Part shown: positions 26,839-38,059 of the stretch, piece by piece
Position numbering within the stretch: position 1 is the stretch's first letter
How the letters are laid out: each line of letters opens with the position of its first letter
NCBI RefSeq assembly: GCF_006345805.1
Contig: NC_043021.1
Coordinates: forward strand, 27,156,001-27,220,000
DNA from: Octopus sinensis
Lineage: Eukaryota
DNA length: 64,000 nucleotides
Direction of reading: 5' to 3'
Notes under the pieces: model-generated
Databases searched by the model: none
Seen by the model: only the letters and a program-made list of their open reading frames with translations
Told to the model about the DNA's origin: nothing
Made by a program: the position numbers and the translations under genes

Positions 26839-27282
26839 CAACTTATAAACAAGGGCAAAAGAATAAATTCCAACGCCAAATATGCCGAAATATAGACTTA
26901 ATCGTTAATAACCAAATAATTTATCACTATAAGCACGCGTCTCGAAAGCAAGCCGATAGAACTTTCTAAAAAATTCGTTATTATCGGATCGGTCCCAATT
27001 TCTGAGTTAATTCATTTAGAATTTTCTCGTCATCAGCGATAAATACGATAAGAAAATTAATGAGATGCTTACTCGTATTTATCGCTGATGACGAGAAAAT
27101 TCTAAATGAATTAACTCAGAAATTGGGACCGATCCGATAATAACGAATTTTTTAGAAAGTTCTATCGGCTTGCTTTCGAGACGCGTGCTTATAGTGATAA
27201 ATTATTTGGTTATTGACGATTAAGTCAATATTTCGGCATATTTGGCGTTGGAATTTTTTCTTTTGCCCTTGTTTATAAGTTG
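26839..27282. repeat. Inverted repeat, 210-bp arms, 24-bp spacer, one hammerhead motif per arm
   Basis: 26839-27048 is the reverse complement of 27073-27282, with three visible mismatches. Confidence 0.96.
27079..27140 (+). ncRNA. Type-I hammerhead ribozyme motif (mirror copy on minus at 26981-27042)
   Basis: Stem I TTATCG/CGATAA; core CTGATGA (27085-91); stem II GAG..AATTC-taaat-GAATT..CTC; GAAA (27119-22); stem III ATTGGGACCGAT; predicted cut ATC|C after 27134. First stem II pair is a C-A mismatch. Confidence 0.75.
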
Positions 27283-27359
27283 TTTATAAAATTTAACCTT
27301 TAAAGGTATTTTTTTAATATGCTGGCCATTGATAAATTTTTTTTCGAAAATTTTTATCC

Positions 27360-27393
<34 letters not shown>

Positions 27394-27429
27394 GGATAAA
27401 AATTTTCGAAAAAAAATTATAAATGGCCA

Positions 27430-27493
<64 letters not shown>

Positions 27494-28009
27494 AGCAGTT
27501 TGCAATGTTTCACAAAAAGAGAGAATTATAAATGTCGCTATATGTGACTGGGGTTTTAGGAAACACCTACATTGCTAGAAATAATAGCTAAAGCGCTCTA
27601 ATGGTGTAGTTAACGCACATGAATGAAACCATACGCTAACAGGGACCTCCATATGCCGGCATAGATACACATGTATATTATGTGAGTGTGTGTGTCTGTG
27701 TGTGATTGTGTGTGTGTAAACATGTGTCTGTGCTAATATAGATGTGCGCGCGGTTTTGCGTAATATACGCGCGTGCGCATGTATTAATTTACACATATAC
27801 ACACACGCACATATACACACGCATGTTTATTATTTACATTGTCGCTCACCTATTTCCCGTGCACTAAAATGACCGGCCTTCAAATCCCAACATCTATTCA
27901 CTCTTAAAATTGTATCACAACGAACTCAACGAGTCTCTGCTATGAATTTCGAACAATAAAACCAACAACCCGCTTTATACACCCACCTTACTCTCTCTCT
28001 CTCCTTTTA

Positions 28010-28076
28010 TCCATCCATCCATCCATCCATCCATCCATCCATCCATCCATCCATCCATCCATCCATCCATCCATCC

Positions 28077-28136
<60 letters not shown>

Positions 28137-28279
28137 GTCTATCTATCTATCGATCTATCTGTCTATGTCAGTCTGTATGTCTGTCTATCTATCTATCTTA
28201 CATCTCCCTGTCTTACGTTTGTCTTTCTGTCTGTCTGTCTGTCTGTGTCTTCCCCCCTCTCTCTCTATCTGTATGTCTG

Positions 28280-28335
<56 letters not shown>

Positions 28336-28569
28336 GTTATCTATCTAGTTATCTATCTATCGATCTATCTGTCTATGTCAGTCTGTATGTCTGTCTATCT
28401 GTCTGTCTGTCATTCTGTCCGCCTGTCTGTTTATGTATCTGTCTGTCTGTCTGTCTGTCTGTCTATATCTCTGTCTGTCTGTCTGTCTATCTGTCTATAT
28501 CTCTGTCTGTCTGTCTGTCTATCTGTCTATATCTCTGTCTGTCTGTCTGTCTGTCTATCTGCCTATATC

Positions 28570-28610
<41 letters not shown>

Positions 28611-28630
28611 ATCTCTGTCTGTCTGTCTGT
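28010..28630. repeat. Compound (ATCC)n/(ATCT)n/(GTCT)n microsatellite
   Basis: Direct reading. Confidence 0.97.
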
Positions 28631-29410
28631 CCATTCCGTCGTTCCCTCATCGTTCGCTCATTCAAAACTACGAACGAGTAGCACAACAGACACTTTGTCC
28701 CCGGTGTCGTGTTTGTCTCTCTGCAATACAAACCTCTCTTTCATTGTATGGTAATGCAGAGGAAGCAGAGCCACAGAACAAAACCCATATTCAGCCTCAT
28801 ACATTACCATAACACCAAGCTTTTTGCTATGATGTTCACTCCCCTTTAATTCATCCATAATTCAAAACGACCTCAAGTTCGAATTAATAATTCTAGACTT
28901 GCCCGACAGAATCGAAATGGTCATTGTGAATGAACAGAAGAGAGAATTAATCACATCGAGAATTAATCAAACCCCTTACAAACGTTGCATTGTTTTCCAA
29001 GTAGGATCCTTTAGTAAATTCTTGTGTCTGCACGTCTGATAGGTAAACATTAGTCAAGCCTTAAGTTGATGTTTTATTCAAATTTCGAATGGCGCCGACG
29101 GATCGCCAGTGATTGTGTTTCGATTTCATTTATTCCCCTCAGTTGTGTTCCCTAAACATTCTGAGCTACGTCGGAAATCGTGCATTCAATGTGGATTCTT
29201 TCAGCTTCCATCTACTGTCATGCCGTCACGGTGCTGGTCGCCTTCCACGCTATGTCGCCCTTAACAAGATCACAATGCATGGCCTAGACGCCGAAGGCTT
29301 TCCCGTCAGCTCGAACCAGCGGAACTAGACCGAGAAGACGGTAGAAGGCCGTACGTTATAACAATTTCCCCGTTCCGTGACATATGTATATATATATATA
29401 TATATATAAT

Positions 29411-29466
<56 letters not shown>

Positions 29467-29519
29467 TGTGTGTGTGTGTGTGGTGTGTGTGTGTGTGTGT
29501 GTATATATGTATATATATA

Positions 29520-29566
<47 letters not shown>

Positions 29567-29572
29567 TATATC

Positions 29573-29637
<65 letters not shown>

Positions 29638-29645
29638 TATATATA

Positions 29646-29713
<68 letters not shown>

Positions 29714-29741
29714 ATGTGTGTGTGTGTGTGTTGTGTGTGTG

Positions 29742-29772
<31 letters not shown>

Positions 29773-30039
29773 AATATATTTACTGAGGTGATCCCTTTTC
29801 GCAACCATAAGTTTTTTTCTACTTTTCTGAAAGTGTATAAAAGTAAAATTAGATGTGGTAAATAAGATTTAGTTTTACGGGGATTTGAAACCGGGGAGTT
29901 TAAAATTTCTATTAACAACAGCCACCAGCATGTTTTGCAATGAAATAATTCATTTTTATTTTCTTTATTCTATTTTATTTATTTATTTATTTATTTATTT
30001 TTGAGTGTGTTGTAAAATTTGGACTGGTCCTCTGACGGG

Positions 30040-30962
30040 ATATTATCTTTGAATGAGTCTTGCAGGGTTGAATGAATTTTTTTTTTTTGCTTTCTTTTGT
30101 GTGTGTTTCCTGTTCATATAAAAAAGAGAAAAAACATTTAGTAGAGGCTGAATGTTATGATGGACTGGGGGAGACCCTGGATCTCGGGTATATTCAACTT
30201 GACAGCCTGTTCTTTCGAACGTTTGAGTTGAGGGCGCTGGATAATTTCCAAAAGTCCTTGGCCTGGCAATGTTACAAAAGTGCCTTGCCCGTTGAGGAAA
30301 AGCTTGCAAGACATGGTCAATGCGACTCACCGGCCTGTCCAAGATGTGGGCGGGATAGGGAAACCGTCCCGCACGCTATTGTTCAGTGTCCGGAGGTGTT
30401 GGAAATGTAGGCTTATGCGGAACATCCGTTGTCCAGTGCAGGAAGTGTACAGCTGTCGACTGAGTCAATTATAAAAAGTGACTCACCTGAATTTTTGTCA
30501 AATGAAGGTAAGAATTGTTTTCTCACCGTAGTAGCAATAACGAAAGAGGTGGCATGGAAGACAAGGATGAAAGGAGTAAAGACAGACAGCTTCATCTCTG
30601 GCCTCACCTTACAAAGTTATTTCGCTTTTCATTTGAAAAGGAAAGTGAGGCTGGAGAAGAGGTGTCTGTCGGAGAAAATGTTTGACGAAAGATGGAAGTA
30701 TGAAGCACGAATGGATGTAACCGTGTGAATACGCCATAAAGTGTCTGGGAAAGGTATCAGTGGTGGATTGGGGCCCGTGGGGTCGGAGCTGAAGCCAAAC
30801 ACCATTCCATTTGGTTTGTCCTTTGTTTAATGTTAATCATTCGATTATATAATTACGTTAAATTTTTAAATGCATTTTTATGTTAAAATCATTCTGTGCA
30901 TCTCACCCCAAATCAGATTGTGCTGTTCCAATCTATGTTGGACCCTAGTGGGCAATAAAGAA
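30040..30962 (+). mobile_element. Second Tx1/L1-clade LINE 3' fragment
   Basis: LDNFQKSLAWQCYKSALPV..ACPRCG..ETVPHAIVQC; homologous to 13730-14200; ends GTGGGCAATAAAGAA. Confidence 0.88.
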
Positions 30963-30986
30963 TCAGTTTTGTGTGGGTTTCCTGTT

Positions 30987-31068
30987 CATCCTGATGAGGG
31001 GTCATTGCCGAGATGCACTTTAACTGTAATCGAACCGCGACAATGATCTCCCGAAATGGCCATAGGTG
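30987..31068 (+). ncRNA. Minimal type-I hammerhead ribozyme motif, canonical core
   Basis: CATC-CTGATGA-GGGGTCATTG...CAATGATCTCCC-GAAA-TGGCC-ATA|GGTG; stem III is the palindrome ATGGCCAT (31056-63). Confidence 0.72.
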
Positions 31069-32004
31069 TGTTTGAATTGATTTTGTAGAACTCTTTTTGC
31101 TCCTGGACTCTAACCTACCATGGTTTTAGGAATTGAACTGTTTGGACTCTTTTATGGGCGGCGAGTAAAAAAAACAAACTTTAAAAAAATCTTTTTAGTC
31201 GATTTTTATTTCATTTTATTTAGATTTTTGGTAACATGACACGCTTTAGAATTTCTAGTCGATTGTTTTTACCTTTTTGATGGGCCGTTCTATATATATA
31301 GGCGCAGGAGTGGCTGTGTGGTAAGTAGCTTGCTTACCAAGTACATGGTTCCGGGTTCAGTCCTACTGCATGGCACCTTGGGCAAGTGTCTTCTACTATA
31401 GCACGGACCGACCAAAGCCTTGTGAGTGGATTTGGTAGACGGAAACTGAAAGAAGCCCGTTGTATAGATATGTATATATATATATGTGTGTGTTTGTGTG
31501 TCTGTATTTGTTCCCCTAACATCGCTTGACAACCGATGCTGGTGTGTTTACGTCCCCGTAACTTAGCAGTTCGGCAAAAGAAACCGATAGAATAAATACT
31601 AGGCTTACAAAGAATAAGTTCTGGGGTCGATTTGCTCGACTAAAGGCAGTGCTCCAGCATGGCCGCAGTCAACTGACTGAAACAAGTAAAAGAGTAAAGA
31701 GAGAGTAATAGAGTATATCTGTATTTTTATTCGCATTTATATTTTTACCTTCTGTGCTTTTTGTATATGTATATTTGTTATATGTTTTAGAAACCATGGT
31801 AATATTTATATACGATCAAATGTTAGGGGGTTGATGTTTGTTCTATGATCAATGTTTCTTTATCTTTATCTCAATTACATTTGAGCAGTTCTTTTTTGCA
31901 GTCCTGTAAACCCTTTTGTTTTCATAGAAAGAGACAAATATTATTTCTTGTCATATATATCTATATATATATATAAAGTTAATCCAAACAAGAAAGCACA
32001 AAAA

Positions 32005-33400
32005 ACACAACAACGCGAGGACGTGGAACAAATATAGTATTATTGGACGCTCAGGAAAGAAGGAGGGTTTAACGTTTCGAGCGGAGCTCTTCGTCGGAAA
32101 CATAGGAGAAGGAAAGATCCAGAGAAGGGAAGACAGAGGGAAAAAAATCGCTAACGGTACACACGCGGTCACATTTTAAATGTATTATATACCTTTCCAA
32201 CACTTCCGTCGCCTCTCTCAACATCTCGGTCAGTATACACAACTCCATTCTCACCACCTCCTTCCACTACAAACACACCGACTCAGACTTCTCTTCCTCC
32301 CACCCTACCACACCAAGCTCTCCATCCCCTACTCCCAATTCCTCCGTCTGCGCAGGCTCTGCAGTGACAACCATGACTTTGAGACTCAGTCACAACTCAT
32401 GGCCCGCTTCTTCATCCTTCGCGGATATCCCCTCACCACTATCCTCACCGCCCTTGCCAGAGCACTTCCGTAGACTGTGCCTCTGCTCTCTCTCCCTGCA
32501 CCCGCCCCACCGTTGCCCGTCTCCCGTTTCCCCTCATCTACCACCCCTCGACCCTGCTCCTCCAACGCACCATTCTCCGAGCCTTCCAGCGTCTCCAGTC
32601 CGACCACTCCACTTCCCCAACTTCCCCTCTCCCTCCTTCAAACGAGCCCACAACCTACGTGACCTCCTGATTCACAATTTCTTCTCTAACACCACCTCCC
32701 AACCTGGCTCGTTCCCCTGCTCCCGCTTACGCTGCCGCACTTGCCCCTACCTCTCCAACATCACCATCCTCTCTGGCACCCATCATCGTCCCTATCATAT
32801 TACCGACTCCTTTACCTGCACTTCTAGCAACATCATTTACTGCATCTCCTGCTCTTTTGCCCTTTTCTTTACATTGGTCAAATGGAACGCCGCTTGGCTG
32901 ACCGGTTCGCGGAGCACCGCCGAGATATTAGACTAAGCAATGACACTCCAGTCTCGCTCTACCTGTCATTCATTACAACACCTATCTGTGTTCGGATTGT
33001 CTTTGCACAGGAGCCATCCGGACTCCCACCTTCGCTGTGAAAAAGAATTAATCTCTCTTCGCTCCTTTGCGCCACATGGGCTCAACTCCCCTCCTCTTCT
33101 CTCTTCACATGCACACGTCAACGTCACTAGCCCCTATCCACATGCACACGCTTACACACTCTAACATAACAGACCCACGCGCACCTTCGTTTTGGGATCA
33201 CCAGTACTTTATTATCTCCCCTTCTTCCTAACCCTCCTGTCCAACTATCTTTTTCCAACCAGTTGCCATGACTGACCGCTAAATTCACAGGTTAATTTTT
33301 TTTATTATCTCTCTGTTTATTTCCTCGCGTTCCTTTCTGTTGAAGAGCGTAGGCTCGAAACATAAAAGACTTTCTCACCTTCCCGAGCGTCAAACTAAAT
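32005..33400 (+). mobile_element. Penelope-like element: inverted pseudo-LTR, thumb plus GIY-YIG 3' ORF fragment, and terminal pseudo-LTR
   Basis: HTKLSIPYSQFLRLRRLC, SFKRAHNLRDLL, PCSRLRCRTCPY, FTCTSSNIIYCISC..YIG..RRLADRFAEH; hammerhead-like motifs at 32067-32101 (-) and 33333-33368 (+). Confidence 0.9.
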
Positions 33401-35509
33401 ATTTCTTTCTGACAAAAGAATCTTTCTTTCAAATTTGGGTACAAAGCCAGCAATTTGAAAGAGGGGGGGAGTTTAGGAGATTACATCGACTCCAGTACTT
33501 AATTGGTTCTTATTTTATCGGCCCCAAAAGGGTGAAAGGCAAAACTGACTTCGGCAGCATTTGAACTCAGAATGTAAAGAACCGGAAACTCTCTGGCAAA
33601 ATATGAAGGACCTACATTCTTGAAGAGCGAAGACAAATAGAGTTACGCGGCTATCGTAAGCTGCGAAAGAACATCGGTACCGTAATTGAAGTTACTTCGC
33701 TTGTAGATCGAAACAAGAGTCGTGGATTCCGTTTACATAATCTTAAACAATTGAGAATAAAAGCGGATCTACGTCGAGTCGACCACATCCGAACTGGAGC
33801 TCTCTTTTTGATCAGGACATAACAAAGATATTTCAACGAGAAGGTTAAATATTACCGTTACGAGTCAACATTTAATCAATTGATCAGACACACCTAAATT
33901 CTCTCTTAAAAGACGTGCAATATCTCATGAATTCTAGAATGAACAATGATTGTTTTTATTAAGAGACCCGTTTAAGAAAGAAGAAAAAAAACCGGTATCA
34001 TGACAACCGGAAATGAATCACTTAAGAAGCATTCGTTTTCTTTTCCGTAAAATACTGCAAACGTAACCAACAACAACAACAATAATAATGATGATAATAA
34101 TGATAATAATCCTAAACTACACCTGTAGTCTTCTCTAAATTCTTATGGAAATATTTTATTTCTTTCTTATTTCTAATACAGAATTTAGCATTGTCCAGTA
34201 TTTTTGTTATAGAAACGTGCGTGTGTGTGTGTTGAATGTGGATAATAAAACTCTGTGTTTATGAGCGGAAAGATAACAATGAGGAGGAAAAACATTTCTA
34301 AGTCATGAAGTCGGGTTATTGTTTGTTTGTTGGGTCTGAAGGTGGCAAAGGTGTGGCTAGGTTTAGATTTAGGGCGAAGTAACTCAAATACGAACTCAAT
34401 TCTAATGTAATATATTCTGAATTGAATAAGTCGATAGAGTATTGGATCACTAATTTATAGGATGCGAGATCAAATCTTCACTAGGCATTTCGTTTTGTTT
34501 CTGGTACAGATAAGGTAACTGGTTCTCCGTCGGTTACGACGACGAGGGTTCCAGTTGATCCGATCGACGGACAGCCTGCTCGTGAAATTAACGAGCAAAT
34601 GGCTGAGCACTCCACAGATACACCGTTAATCAGGGAGATTCAGCATGACACATAATGTGATAAGGCCCCTTGTGAATTACAGGTACAACTCATTTTTGCC
34701 AGCTGAGTGGAATGGAGGAATGTGGAATAAAGTGTCTTGCTCAAGGACACAGCACGCTGCTATGTATCGAACTCGAGACCGTAAGAAAACGCTGTCAGCG
34801 TTATTCCATTTAACCCAACGCGAGTATTTGCAAGTTCAACCACGTGATGCTTTCCATCAGTTTGAACCGCGCTTTCCCTTGCATGTAACGGCGGCGCCCG
34901 TTGGTCCGTCATAATTATTCCTAATTTAGGCGGAAAGTCAGAAATTGTGGCCGAACAACTCGCATGCACGCACACACACGCCTAACATACGCACATACCT
35001 GCACACGTCTTTATACGCACACACATGCAAGTATGTGTGTTTTACTCTTATTGCTTATTTTTTTACACTTTTTAACACATTTTTCTCTATTTTGCCTTCA
35101 GCCCTGTGTTTTCTTGTGCGTGTGCGTATATAGACATGTGTATGAACCTTTTTGTGCACGTGTGTGTGTGCGAGCGAGTATGCGGGTATGTATATATTTT
35201 TTGGTGAATGTGTGGGTGAGCATGTGTGTGTTTCAAGTGAGGGTGGATGAGTATATACATATAGGCGCATGTACGTATGCGTGTGGGCGCGCATGTGCAT
35301 GTATGGACATGCGCGCTTACGTGATTACTATGAACATTTTTACTCCCGTACCTTTACTCCCTCCCCTCACTTAGCGGTCATTCTAATAGTTCTTTTGTCT
35401 TTATAACGGTCAATCACACAGTAATATATATACAACATACATACATACAACATACATACATACATACTACATACATACATACATACATACATACATACAT
35501 ACATACATA

Positions 35510-36045
35510 CGAGGGTGAGTCAAAAAGTAATGCCATTTTGTTTAGGACAGGTATAATTATCAACACAGGAACAAGTATAATACATCAAAATGATGCTGGT
35601 CCTCTGTGGATCACATCCCTACTTCTCAACATAGTCACCGTTTCTCCCAATAGCAATGTTCCACCTTCGAATGAGAGCATGTATCCCTGCCCCGTAAAAT
35701 TCTGTTGACTGTTCTTTGAGCCACTTCACTAGTTTTCACTTCCTCGTCACTGAACTATCATCTCTTCGGCCCCATGAAAGAGGGTTTGAGAGGCAAACAT
35801 TATTCCAGTGATGAAGTGAAAACTGTAGTGAAGAAGTGACCCAAAGAACAGTCAACAGAATTTTACGGGGATACGTGCTCTCATTTGAAGGTGAAACATT
35901 GCTATTGAGAGAAACGGTGACTATGTTGAGAAGTAGGGATGTGATCCACAGAGGACCAGCTTCATTCTGATGTATGATACATGTTCCTGTGTAGGTAATT
36001 ATACCTGTCCTAAACAAAATGGCATTACTTTTTGACTCACCCTCG
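35510..36045. mobile_element. Mariner-derived fold-back element made of two transposase 3' ends
   Basis: About 50-bp TIRs CGAGGGTGAGTCAAAAAGTAATGCC..., TA on both sides. Both arms encode the ..AIERNGDYVEK* end in opposite orientation; the centre encodes YHLFGPMKEGLRGKHY. Confidence 0.92.
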
Positions 36046-36071
36046 TATGTATATATATATATATATATATA

Positions 36072-36430
36072 ATTAGTGAATTGAAGAAATGGAGTTGAAC
36101 GAAGATTGAACAGAAATCCTTTTATTGCATTCTACACGTGTTTCGAAGGCCACAATTTACCAAATTCCGATTGAATAAGGAGACCATATTGTGTCTTTCT
36201 CTTCAGGAAGAAATAGGAATTCCGTTGGCAGAACAAAAACAGAACAGAGGCGCCTCTGTTCTGTTTTTGTTCTGCCAACGGAATTCCTATTTCTTCCTGA
36301 AGAGAAAGACACAATATGGTCTCCTATTCAATCGGAATTTGGTAAATTGTGGCCTTCGAAACACGTGTAGAATGCAATAAAAGGATTTCTGTTCAATCTT
36401 CGTTCAACTCCATTTCTTCAATTCACTAAT
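36072..36430. repeat. Near-perfect 359-bp palindrome with no spacer, one hammerhead motif per arm
   Basis: Centre GAGGC|GCCTC at 36251/36252; arms differ by one visible 1-nt indel. Confidence 0.96.
36294..36372 (+). ncRNA. Type-I hammerhead ribozyme motif (mirror copy on minus in the left arm)
   Basis: TTC-CTGAAGA (36297-303)-GAAAGACACAAT...ATTGTGGCCTTC-GAAA-CACGT-GTA|GAA; stem III palindrome ACACGTGT; stem I only 3 bp; stem II has two mismatches. Confidence 0.62.
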
Positions 36431-36595
36431 AATATTAAAATTCAATTATCCGCACCAACGCACGGTTGCAACACCATATGGTTGTACCTCCAACCGTGCT
36501 TTCTTCTGCTGTGATTTTTGCTACCAAGGTATCGGTTAAACTTTTGATTAATCTGCAACAAGATTATTCATCTTTCTATTTCACCAAATATATAT

Positions 36596-36654
<59 letters not shown>

Positions 36655-37439
36655 CCGTTACAAATATGTATTAGTTAATTAGTTATTATACAGTCGGAAT
36701 ACAGAATTTTCCCCTGGCGGAATATGTCATCAAAGGGGTGAGAAAATCTTCTCATACAAAATTGGAGATCCAGAATATTTAATTCTTAACTGAAACATCT
36801 TTTAATTCTTTCGTTTTTACAAAATGAAAAAAGTTCTTAATTTTTGTTTTTCTGTTGTTGTCTTGGTAACCACGAACAGCACCATTTCGCCTTTCGTGGG
36901 ATTCATCGGCGCAGTAGAACTTTCTTTTAAATGTCGTATGAAAGTGCTTCTTTGCTTTTTGTTCGTTTCGATATCACCAATGTAACGAAGCTATATTTTG
37001 GTTGAGTTAGGAGATCGAAGATCAAGGAACCTGTATGAAGTTCCAAACACAACATATTTATTCTTCGTCAACAAAACGTGTTGTCGTTAAGACGAACGAC
37101 AGAAAAGAAGTTACATAAACCAAGTGAATCCGCTCAGTAATGTCTACGAGACATCTCCCAACAAGGACAGTAGTCGTCAGCGATATAAATTCTAACAGCT
37201 ACCTGGCTTAACCCCATTGCTTGCCATGGGTCCCATTTGGGGATCTGCTAAAAACAGTCTCCCTGCCACTTGTATGTTGTATTTAAAGTGAATTGCTTAT
37301 ATACATTGCATTTGCTGAGGTGTGTTTAACAATATTTAGTAATTAAAGATTGTCGTTATTAGTTATGGCTAATTCTAGACGACATTTTATGCCATAAATT
37401 GTGAGTTTTGAACTACAAAAGTATTGACTGCTTTGAAGT

Positions 37440-37625
37440 GTCAGTCGCCACGATAGATCGGTAGCCACTACACATTTTTTTCTCTCCTTGTTTTTTCTGT
37501 GTCCCTTTCTGTAGAAGAGCGTAGGCTCGAAACGTAAAATACTTTTTTCTATTCCTGAGCGTTATACTAATACATCTGTTTGTTTTGTACACCACCTGTC
37601 TTCGTCTGTTGTTTTTTTCGTAAAC
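37440..37625 (+). mobile_element. Solo Penelope-type pseudo-LTR with variant hammerhead at 37506-37539
   Basis: Homologous to 33300-33400 (GAAGAGCGTAGGCTCGAAAC...CCTGAGCGT); abuts (TA)n. Confidence 0.7.
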
Positions 37626-38059
37626 TCTCCCTATATATATATATATATTGTATTTCCCATCTATATCATTCATTGATATTTCATATACATTCGCATTTGA
37701 TACTATAATTTCAAAAACTAAAATGTTTATTATTGCAATTGAATAGAAAAGGATAAATTTGCTTTTTTTCAGCGATCCTCGTTTGGGACTTTTCCAAAAA
37801 TTTATCATAATTTCCAAAATAATTCACATATGAAGAAAATTTAAATACTACATATTATTTAAACTCCTAAGATACCTGGTAAAGCCCAAAAATATGAATT
37901 AAAAATTTTGGTAGTTAATGGGTTAAGGTGTGTTATAAGCGTTGTCGTGGTCCGTAGCGATAAGTTCTTGTAGTTGATGCTTTGGGATATTGCACAATCA
38001 CTTCTGGTTAGCAGAAAGACTCCTGTTGTTATGTCCTGTAATTTGTATTTGTGTAACAT

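Noticed and set aside
33610-33830. Open frame EERRQIELRGYRKLRKNIG.. and minus ORF 33651..33836
   Set aside because: Short, with no convincing splice sites and no recognisable homology.
37413-37817. 134-aa ORF (also 37859..38410, 183 aa)
   Set aside because: They run through AT-rich sequence, (TA)n and pseudo-LTR-like repeats; chance ORFs.
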